This document shows positions 1 to 7,389 of a stretch of 39,190 nt of DNA, in pieces. Source of the DNA: a virus; the IMG/VR virus record IMGVR_UViG_3300034141_000061, positions 1 through 39,190 of that record. One strand, 5' to 3'. The position numbers were made by a program, and so were the translations under genes. Below the pieces are notes generated by a model that ran no database searches, was not told where the DNA came from, and saw nothing but the letters and a program-made list of their open reading frames with translations. The first letter of the stretch is position 1, and every line of letters begins with the position of its first letter.

Positions 1-127
1 ATCGGCGTTCAGAGCCGCGCCAAGCTGCACGCGGCCGAGGTAGCGTCCCTGCCGGCCTCGGGCGACCTGCCGCTGACCCTGGGCAAGATCCTTTCGGCGC
101 GGGCCATCATCCGCAAGTCGAAGATCC
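1..127. repeat. Terminal overlap of the contig (copy 1), identical to 39064..39190
   Basis: Compared base by base: 127/127 identical. Confidence 0.97.
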
Positions 128-504
128 TGAAGATGCTCCCGGGCGCCCGGATCAAGCTGGCCGTCCGCGAGGACGACATCAGCCAGTTGCTGACCACCAT
201 CCCGGCCACCAGCGGCGACTACGCGTCGCTCAAGCGGGTCGAGAGCGGCGAAATCGACCACCTCTGGGGCGTCGACTTCGTGTTCGACGACGACGTGAAC
301 CTGAAGGCCGGCACCACGGACGTCTATGTCCTGCCGATGTGGGTCGATCAGGCGATCATCCTGAAGGCGCGCGAGATCCACAACGCCAACATCACCATCC
401 GCGAGGACAAGTCGCGGCGCCCCTGGGCCTACTACGAAACCGAAGCGGGCGCAGCGCGCGCCTGGGACGAGGGCGTGGCCGGCATCGAGGTGAAGGACCT
501 CTAG
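1..504 (+). CDS. Major capsid protein, C-terminal part (ORF starts at ATG 38626 and crosses the circular junction; 313 aa when joined)
   Basis: Open in frame 1 from base 1 to TAG 502-504, the same frame as ATG 38626 once 39064 is equated with 1. It follows the portal and scaffold genes as in T7-like head modules. Composition is protein-like with high GC3. Confidence 0.75.
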   Translation: MGVQSRAKLHAAEVASLPASGDLPLTLGKILSARAIIRKSKILKMLPGARIKLAVREDDISQLLTTIPATSGDYASLKRVESGEIDHLWGVDFVFDDDVNLKAGTTDVYVLPMWVDQAIILKAREIHNANITIREDKSRRPWAYYETEAGAARAWDEGVAGIEVKDL

Positions 505-613
505 GCGACTGACTGAACCGGGCCGCTCCTGACCAGGGCGGCCCACCCTCACGACAGACCGGCCAAGGCCGGGCGGACCCCCAAGAGAGGCCGCAGCATG
601 GAAGACCAAGACT

Positions 614-1132
614 ATGGAACACATCGGAGCCATCCTCGGAGCCGCCCACGCCGCGAACAGCGGCGCCACCGGATCCCTGACGGACCCCTTCTTCTGCAAC
701 GGCCGCGTCGCTCGCGTCCTGCGCGACTTCATCACGGTGGACACCGCCCAGAACGACACCGTCGTGCTGGGTTTCCTGAAGTGGGACACCCGCCTGGACG
801 CCCTGAGCGTGCTGGAGTTTTCCGACTTCGGCACCGGCGTCTCGGTGGACGTTGGCGTGGCGGTCGGCCCTTCGGCCGGCACGGCGGACCCGGACTGCCT
901 GGTCGATGGCCAGGATGTCTCGACCGCCGCCGGCAGCTGCTCGCTGCTGAAGTCGGTCGGCATTGCGGACCGCCACAAGCCCCTGTGGCAGCTGGCCGGC
1001 TTCGACAGCCTGCAGGCGGCCCGAAGCGCCACCGGCAGCGATGGCGGCCAGGCCAAGGTCATCGCGACCCTGCTGGGCGCCAACCCCGACAGCGGCACCC
1101 TCAGCTGGTCTGTTTACGGCTCGCCCCAATAG
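614..1132 (+). CDS. Hypothetical head-module protein (possible capsid decoration/cement protein)
   Basis: 172-aa ORF directly after the capsid gene. Composition is normal and GC3 high, unlike the Arg/Pro-rich overlapping frame 598..1191. A strong intrinsic terminator follows. Function is inferred from position only. Confidence 0.55.
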   Translation: MEHIGAILGAAHAANSGATGSLTDPFFCNGRVARVLRDFITVDTAQNDTVVLGFLKWDTRLDALSVLEFSDFGTGVSVDVGVAVGPSAGTADPDCLVDGQDVSTAAGSCSLLKSVGIADRHKPLWQLAGFDSLQAARSATGSDGGQAKVIATLLGANPDSGTLSWSVYGSPQ

Positions 1133-1193
1133 GGCTTGAGCCGTCGCGGGACCGCCGGCCCGCCCGTATTGCTCGATACCTGGGCCGGTGACG

Positions 1194-1232
1194 AAGGCGG
1201 GGGCTGCGAAAGCGGCCTCCGCCTTTTGCTTT
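1194..1232 (+). terminator. Rho-independent terminator after the capsid/decoration genes
   Basis: Stem AAGGCGG (1194-1200) / CCGCCTT (1219-1225) encloses an inner GCGAAAGC hairpin and is followed by TTTTGCTTT. Confidence 0.7.
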
Positions 1233-1245
1233 CAAGGAGACGACC

Positions 1246-1854
1246 ATGTCGGAAGGCGCGACGCGCATCATCACCGGGGCCCTGGTTCAACTGGGCGAGG
1301 ACGCGGTCACGTCGATTGACTTGGACCCGCCGCCCAGCCGCCTGACGAAGATCCTGCCGCACCTCGCCGACGCGATCGACGCGGTGCTGGTGAAGTATGG
1401 CTGGCTGTGCGCGTTGGAGTACGACACGCTGACGCCCAGCGACCTGATCCCCGCCAACTGGCGCTTCCCTTTCCACTACGTCCTGCCCGAGGGCGCGCTT
1501 CGCTTTTGGGAGGTGTCCCGCACCACGGGCTGGGAACGCGGCGTCTGGCGGAACCCGGCGACGACGGCGAGTCAGCCGGTCCTGCGCGCCACCGAAGGCG
1601 GAGCGATCAACGTCAGCTATGTGCGCCGGCGCGACGCCGACGCCTTGGACGCCAATGTGCGCGACGCCGTCGTGTTCGAGCTGGCGGCGCGGGCCTGCCG
1701 GTCAATGAACGGATCGGTCGAGCGGGCGCTGGAGCTTCGCAAGCTCGCCGACCAGGCGGTGCTCACTGCGCAAGGGACCGACGGCCAGGACGCCCGCGCC
1801 GACGACGCCATGTTCGTCGACCGGATGGCGAACCTGAGGGCGTCCGCGCTCTAG
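1246..1854 (+). CDS. Tail tubular (gatekeeper) protein A-like
   Basis: 202 aa with AGGAGA 5 nt upstream of the ATG. Size and position correspond to T7 gp11 (about 196 aa) in a collinear portal-scaffold-capsid-tubularA-tubularB order. There is no motif-level confirmation. Confidence 0.5.
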   Translation: MSEGATRIITGALVQLGEDAVTSIDLDPPPSRLTKILPHLADAIDAVLVKYGWLCALEYDTLTPSDLIPANWRFPFHYVLPEGALRFWEVSRTTGWERGVWRNPATTASQPVLRATEGGAINVSYVRRRDADALDANVRDAVVFELAARACRSMNGSVERALELRKLADQAVLTAQGTDGQDARADDAMFVDRMANLRASAL

Positions 1855-1859
1855 CTCCG

Positions 1860-1880
1860 CCGTCCCCTCCCCGTTCGGGC
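1860..1880 (+). repeat. C-rich 21-nt intergenic motif, copy 1: CCGTCCCCTCCCCGTTCGGGC
   Basis: Read directly. It ends 11 nt before GTG 1892. Confidence 0.9.
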
Positions 1881-1891
1881 AGCGCCAGTCT

Positions 1892-4159
1892 GTGACTATG
1901 CGGCAGACCGGCTTCCAGCAAGCGTTCAACGTCGGCGAGCTGGGCCCTGACGCCTGGTCTCGCAGCGACCTCGCGCAGCATTCCAAGGGCTGTGTCCTGG
2001 CGTGGAACATGATCGGCCGCGTGGCCGGTCCGATGGGCCGCCGCCCGGGCACCTGGTACTGCGGCGCGCCGAAGCATCAGGACAAGGCGGGGCGCCTGCT
2101 GCCCTTCCGCCGGAGCGCCGGTGACGCGCTGCTGCTGGAGTTCGGTCACCAATACGCCCGCGTCTGGGACGTGAACGGCGCGCCGGTGATGGATGGGTCC
2201 AGCCAGGTCGAATTCGCGACACCCTGGACCGAGGCGCAGCTGGAGGGTCTGCGCTACAAACAGGTCGGCGACGTGATGTGGTTCGTTCACCAGGACGGGC
2301 TGCGGATGCAGACGCTGGCCCGCAGCAGCAACACCAGCTGGGCGATCACGCCCACCCTGTTCGTGGACGGTCCCTGGCGGCCGGAGAACGCCGACGCCGG
2401 CAAGACCCTAACGCTGAGCGGATCGACGCTGAGCGCGTCGGGCCATGCGCCCTTCACCGCCCAGCATGTCGGGGCCCTGTTCCGTCTGCGGAAGAACGAC
2501 GGCAACCCCGGAATGCTTTCATGGGAGCCGGAAGAGCAGGACATTCCGAACCTCGACCGCCGACTGTCGAACGGTCGCGTCTATACCCGCACCGGTGGCG
2601 TGAACGACGCCGGCAACACCCCGCCGGTGCACGACGGCGGCACGGTCTCGGACGGCAAGGCCCTGTGGGCCTTCCTGCATGACGGCGCCACCGTGGTGAG
2701 GGTCACCGCCTTCGGATCCAGCACGTCCGTCACCGTCACAGTGCTGACGGGTCTGGTGGATGACCTCGACAGCGGAACCTACAACTGGGCCGAGGGGGCT
2801 TATTCCGACGCCCGCGGCTGGCCGACGGCCTTCCCTGCCGTTCGCGAGGAGCGGCTGGTGTTGGCCGCGCCCGCGGCGGAGCCGGCGGCGGTGGACTTTA
2901 CCCGGACGGCGGGGTTCCGGCCGGACCGGCTCGACTTCAAGCCGGGGCTGGGCACCGGCCGCGTGGTCGACGACGACGCGGTGCGCCGTCCGGTTGGCGA
3001 CGAACAGAACCGCGTCGTCTGGCTCATGAGCACGACGGCCCTGATCGCGGGGACGACGGATGAGGAGGTGCTGATCACCGGCGCAACCGTGGACGACCCG
3101 ATCAGCCCCAGCGGCAACGCGGCGCGGTCGGTCGGCGAATACGGCAGCGCCGACGTCGGGCCCGTGCTGGCGCATGGCGGCGTCCTGTTCGTGGCGGCCG
3201 GCGGCGAGACGCTGCGCGAGGTGAAGATCGCACCGGATCAGTCGATGGGCCGCCGCGACCTTAACGTGGTGGCCGAACACATCGGCCAGCGCGGACTTGC
3301 GGAGCTGACCTGGCTGAAACAGCCGTGGAACCTGCTGTGGGTCCGCCTGGAGGACGGCGGCCAGGCCAGCTTCACCTATCACGCCGAACAGGCCGTCGAA
3401 GGCTGGAACCGCCACGGGCTGGCCGCGATTGCGCAGCCCACGCCAGAGCAGCCGCTGGGCGGCGGCCTGACGCTGGAGAGCAGCTGCGTCCTGCCGGGCC
3501 CGAAGGGGCGTCCCCGCCTGTTCATGCTGGTCAGCAGGATCAAGAACGGCGCGACGCAGCGGATGATCCTGCGTCTGGCGGACCGGGCCGACCGCCTGTT
3601 TCTAGACGCGGCCGAGTCCTACGCCGGCGCATCCAGCAATTTCGTCGCGGGGCTGAACCACTTGGCCGGCGAGGCTGTCACTGTCATGGCGGCGACCGAG
3701 GCGGGGGCCGAGGTCGCGCCCGGCAGAGGCTGGGGGCAGTACGAGGGCCGGGGCGTCAGCGACGCCGGCGTGGCGGCCCTCCCGGCGAGCGACGAGACGG
3801 CTGTGACGGCCACTGCGATGTACGCCGGGCTGCCGTTTTTGAGCCGCTGGGAAGGCCTTCCGCCCGAGCTGTCGGGCCCCGGCTCTTCCGCCGGCCGGAA
3901 GATCCAGTTCAAGCACGCCATGGTGATGATTGAGGCCGCCGTGGCCGAGGTGGGAACAGTCGGCGAGGAAGGCGACAGCGGCACGGATCCGTTCCTGAGC
4001 CGGCGGCCGAGCGACATCGCGGGTCCGGCGGTGCGCCGCAAGACATGGCGGGCCCCGCTCTTGGGCGGGACCGAAGAGGAGAAGCGGCTGTTCGTGCAGA
4101 CGCGCAGCGGGTTCGACATGGTCATCCATGCCATCCGGGCCACGGCGGACGTCAACTGA
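1892..4159 (+). CDS. Tail tubular protein B-like (tail nozzle)
   Basis: 755 aa (GTG 1892 or ATG 1898). Size and position are equivalent to T7 gp12 (about 794 aa). Called on position only. Confidence 0.5.
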   Translation: MTMRQTGFQQAFNVGELGPDAWSRSDLAQHSKGCVLAWNMIGRVAGPMGRRPGTWYCGAPKHQDKAGRLLPFRRSAGDALLLEFGHQYARVWDVNGAPVMDGSSQVEFATPWTEAQLEGLRYKQVGDVMWFVHQDGLRMQTLARSSNTSWAITPTLFVDGPWRPENADAGKTLTLSGSTLSASGHAPFTAQHVGALFRLRKNDGNPGMLSWEPEEQDIPNLDRRLSNGRVYTRTGGVNDAGNTPPVHDGGTVSDGKALWAFLHDGATVVRVTAFGSSTSVTVTVLTGLVDDLDSGTYNWAEGAYSDARGWPTAFPAVREERLVLAAPAAEPAAVDFTRTAGFRPDRLDFKPGLGTGRVVDDDAVRRPVGDEQNRVVWLMSTTALIAGTTDEEVLITGATVDDPISPSGNAARSVGEYGSADVGPVLAHGGVLFVAAGGETLREVKIAPDQSMGRRDLNVVAEHIGQRGLAELTWLKQPWNLLWVRLEDGGQASFTYHAEQAVEGWNRHGLAAIAQPTPEQPLGGGLTLESSCVLPGPKGRPRLFMLVSRIKNGATQRMILRLADRADRLFLDAAESYAGASSNFVAGLNHLAGEAVTVMAATEAGAEVAPGRGWGQYEGRGVSDAGVAALPASDETAVTATAMYAGLPFLSRWEGLPPELSGPGSSAGRKIQFKHAMVMIEAAVAEVGTVGEEGDSGTDPFLSRRPSDIAGPAVRRKTWRAPLLGGTEEEKRLFVQTRSGFDMVIHAIRATADVN

Positions 4160-4608
4160 TGGCTCGCATCGCTCTGCGCCCTTACAGCCCCACGGATCCA
4201 CGCCGGATCACGCCGCGCGACGACTTTGCACGGGAGCACGCGCTGATGGGCGAGCCGCTGTTCGGGGTGAGACGGCCAGACGGGCCGTGCTGGACGCTGA
4301 CGGACGGCGCGGGCGTCTGGGCGCAGCCGCTGGCGTGCGGCGGGTTCGAACCGGACGGGCCGGGCCGGTTCAGCGCCTGGCTGTACGCCGGCGACCTGAC
4401 GACCCGCCAGTGGGCGTTCGTGGGCCGGGCCTTCGCCCTGATGCAGCGGGAAACCGGGGCCCGCCGGGTCGAGGCGACCCTGAGGCACGGTCCCCGGGTC
4501 GAGATCGCCGAGGCGTATGCGCGGCGGCTGGGGATGCGGCTAGAGGGTTTGCTGAAATCGTTCGGACCCGACGGGGCCGATTACTGGCTTTACGCAGGGG
4601 TGTACTGA
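4159..4608 (+). CDS. GNAT-type N-acetyltransferase-like protein
   Basis: 149 aa; the ATG overlaps the upstream stop (TGATG). The C-terminal stretch RVEATLRHGPRVEIAEAYARRLGMRLEGLLKSFGPDGADYWLYA resembles the conserved GNAT C-terminal region. Recognised by eye only. Confidence 0.45.
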   Translation: MARIALRPYSPTDPRRITPRDDFAREHALMGEPLFGVRRPDGPCWTLTDGAGVWAQPLACGGFEPDGPGRFSAWLYAGDLTTRQWAFVGRAFALMQRETGARRVEATLRHGPRVEIAEAYARRLGMRLEGLLKSFGPDGADYWLYAGVY

Positions 4609-5060
4609 TGGCGGTTCCGATAGCCATGCTGGCGGTCGGCGCGAAGGCGCTGGGCCAGGTGTTCGGCGGCATCGGTCGATATCGCGCCGGCCAAGCCCGC
4701 GGCAAGGCGTTGAAATTCGCGGCGCGCAACGCGCGGCAGGAAGCCGGGGTGCAGGCGTCGATCCAGCTTGAGGAAAGCGATCGCATCGGCGCGCGGGCCG
4801 CCACGCTGGCGGCTGCGTCGGGCGGCGGCGGCCTGCAGGGTTCGGCGCTCAGCGTGATCGACGACCTGGCGCGCCAGGGCATGTATCGCGCCCGGCAGAC
4901 GGTGCGAGACGGCTTGAGCCGATCCGCCGCCCTGCTGGATGAGAGCACGGCGGCGCGTCGGCAGGGTCAGGCCGACCTCGCCGGAAGCATCATGGAAGCG
5001 GGAACGACGGTTTTGGGCGGCATGGCCCAGCAGGCGCAGGCGCGCCGGGGCGGAGGCTGA
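4608..5060 (+). CDS. Small internal virion protein candidate with hydrophobic N-terminus
   Basis: 150 aa with a TGATG overlap. The MAVPIAMLAVGAKALGQVFGGIG segment is followed by Ala/Gly/Arg-rich sequence. It occupies the T7 gp13/gp14 position. Confidence 0.45.
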   Translation: MAVPIAMLAVGAKALGQVFGGIGRYRAGQARGKALKFAARNARQEAGVQASIQLEESDRIGARAATLAAASGGGGLQGSALSVIDDLARQGMYRARQTVRDGLSRSAALLDESTAARRQGQADLAGSIMEAGTTVLGGMAQQAQARRGGG

Positions 5061-5061
5061 G

Positions 5062-7344
5062 ATGGGCGCGAAACTTCCCCAGGCGATCGACATGCAGGGC
5101 CCTAACGGGGCCGTGACGCAGGGCTCCGCCGTCGACTTTCGCAGCCTGGAGCAGGCGTTCGAGGGCGCCGGGCGCGAGCTGGAGAAATTCGACGAGTCCC
5201 GCAAGAAGGCCGATGACGACATTGCCGTGCGGGAACTGGAAGCGGCGCAGGGCACCTATCAGGGCGGCGCCATCGAGCGGGCGACGATGTACGACGGCCG
5301 CCAGCCGGGGTTCGCCGCGGGCGAGCTGGAGGCCTATGACGCGACGATCGGGCCTCTGCTGGCCCGCGAGGATCTGCCCGACGGCGTCCGCGACCGGCTG
5401 ACCTTGCGCAGCCGCGACCTGAGGGTGCGCGTCGGCGCGCAGGCCGTGGCGACCGAGGCCCGGGCGCGCGGCGCCCGTTCGGCGGCCGACCGTGACGCGG
5501 CGGAACAGGCGGAGGCCTACAAGGCCGTCATGGCCTTCAACGCCATATTCGACGGGCTGGAAGACGCCCGCCGCCAGGAGTGGGACGGCGCCACGCCGGG
5601 CCTCGCCGAAGGCCTGCGGGGCGACTTCGCGTTGGCGCGCGAGAAGGTGCTGGAGGGCCTGCCGGCCGCCGTGGCGGAGCGCGTGCGACCCCTACTGCAA
5701 TCGCGCGAGGTGACGCTGCAGGCGACGGCCATGGCGCAGGAGGACGAGGCGCGCGACGCCGGCGTGCTGCGGACGGTCAGCGACGGCGTCACGGTGCTGG
5801 CGAACCGCGCGTCGCGGGATCCGTCCGTGCTGGCGCGCTGGGACGAGGAATTCGCCCCGATCCGCTCCATGCTCCCCGCCCACCTGAGGGCCGCCGCGGA
5901 GAAGGAGGCCAAGCAGGACGTGTTCGGCCGGGCTCTGGAGACGCGGATCGACGCCGGCGACTTCGAAACTGTGCGGTCAGAGATCGCCGCCGGCCGCTAC
6001 GACTGGATGGACCCCGGGGTGGTGTCCCGCCTGGGTTCCGCGATCGAGACGGCGGATGCGGTGCGCACCGTCGAGGACGCCCAAGCGGAGGCGGACCTGG
6101 CGGCCGAGATCGACGTTGACCTGAGGAACATCCTTGAGGGCAAACCCAGCGACGCTGGCCTGATCGCTCGCGCCGAGGCGCTGGGTGGTCCTGACTTGGC
6201 CGCCAAGGTGAGAACGGATCAGGCGGCGGCGCTGAACGTGCGGCCATTGATGGGCCGGCTGCGAACCATGACGAGCGCCGAGCTGACGGGCGAACTGGAG
6301 CGGTTGACCGCTGCGTCCGGTGACGCAGTCGGCGCCAGGACGCTCGAGCTGGCGCGCGGGCTGATCGAACAGAACCAGACCCTGAAGGGTGGCGACCCGG
6401 CCGCCTGGACCGCCACGGCGGTCGGCCCAGGCGACCGCGTCGCGAACGAGGTGCGCGCGCGCCTGACCGCGTTCGAGAGCGCCCCGACGGCGGAGAGCGC
6501 CCAGGCCTACGCTCGCGCCACCTGGACGGCGCAGCAGGCGAGCGGCGTCGGCCAGCAGCAACGCCGGATCCTGCCGTCGGCCACGGCGGAAGCATGGGTC
6601 GAGGGGCTGGACGCGGACGGCGCGCCTGCGACCGCCCTGCCCGACCTCGCGCAGCGTCTGGCGCTGTTCGGGCCCGGCTTCCGTCCGCAGGTGATCCGCG
6701 AGCTGGGGCTGGCCGGCCTGAAGCCCGCGGACCTCGGGGCCCTCACCCACTACGCCAACAATCCCGCCCGGCTGGCGCAGTACGTCCGCTCGCGCGGACA
6801 GCCCCTCAACCAGCTGGTCGAGGACAAGGATCAACGGGCGGCGATCGACACGGCGCTGGGCGGCGCCCTGGCGCCGTACAACGCGGCGCTGGCGAGCGGG
6901 CAAGGGTCGGAGGCGACGCGAGAGGCGGCCCGCGCCACGGCCTACGGCCTGGTCGCGCGCGGGGTGGCCGTCCGGGACGCAGTTCGCAGCGCTACGGCCC
7001 CCATGACCGACGGCTGGGCCTTCGAGGGCAGCTGGGCTATCCCGACCGACGGGAGGGTCAGCGAGGATCGCGTGCGGGGCAACGCCCGCGTGCTGTTCTC
7101 GAACCTCACGGCCAACCGGGGCGCTGGCCTGTATGCTCCGCCGTCCGATCGTTACTCGCCGGAGCAGAGCCGCAGAAACTATCTCGACATCGTGCGCGAG
7201 CATGGCCAGTGGCGGAACCTGTCCGATGGCACCGGCGTCGAGCTGGTGACGCCCGCGGCCGGCGGCCGCGGCTGGGTCCGTGTCAGAGACGCCGCGGGCC
7301 GCGACGTGGTGAAGACCTGGCGCGAGCTGGAGACCTATCGCTAG
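5062..7344 (+). CDS. Internal virion (core) protein, gp15-like position
   Basis: 760 aa from ATG 5062 (the track ORF start 4939 lies in Arg-rich off-frame sequence of the upstream gene). The protein is Ala/Arg/Glu-rich and its size is close to T7 gp15 (about 747 aa). Confidence 0.5.
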   Translation: MGAKLPQAIDMQGPNGAVTQGSAVDFRSLEQAFEGAGRELEKFDESRKKADDDIAVRELEAAQGTYQGGAIERATMYDGRQPGFAAGELEAYDATIGPLLAREDLPDGVRDRLTLRSRDLRVRVGAQAVATEARARGARSAADRDAAEQAEAYKAVMAFNAIFDGLEDARRQEWDGATPGLAEGLRGDFALAREKVLEGLPAAVAERVRPLLQSREVTLQATAMAQEDEARDAGVLRTVSDGVTVLANRASRDPSVLARWDEEFAPIRSMLPAHLRAAAEKEAKQDVFGRALETRIDAGDFETVRSEIAAGRYDWMDPGVVSRLGSAIETADAVRTVEDAQAEADLAAEIDVDLRNILEGKPSDAGLIARAEALGGPDLAAKVRTDQAAALNVRPLMGRLRTMTSAELTGELERLTAASGDAVGARTLELARGLIEQNQTLKGGDPAAWTATAVGPGDRVANEVRARLTAFESAPTAESAQAYARATWTAQQASGVGQQQRRILPSATAEAWVEGLDADGAPATALPDLAQRLALFGPGFRPQVIRELGLAGLKPADLGALTHYANNPARLAQYVRSRGQPLNQLVEDKDQRAAIDTALGGALAPYNAALASGQGSEATREAARATAYGLVARGVAVRDAVRSATAPMTDGWAFEGSWAIPTDGRVSEDRVRGNARVLFSNLTANRGAGLYAPPSDRYSPEQSRRNYLDIVREHGQWRNLSDGTGVELVTPAAGGRGWVRVRDAAGRDVVKTWRELETYR

Positions 7345-7351
7345 GCCTCTG

Positions 7352-7372
7352 CGGTCCCCCCCCCGTTCGGGC
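7352..7372 (+). repeat. C-rich 21-nt intergenic motif, copy 2: CGGTCCCCCCCCCGTTCGGGC
   Basis: Read directly. It ends 17 nt before ATG 7390. Confidence 0.9.
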
Positions 7373-7389
7373 CCGGCCAGCATCGGGTC

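Noticed and set aside
598-1191. 197-aa + strand ORF with an apparently good SD spacing (AAGAGAGG before ATG 598)
   Set aside because: The translation is almost pure Arg/Pro/Gly/His. The overlapping 614..1132 frame has normal composition and G/C-ending codons.
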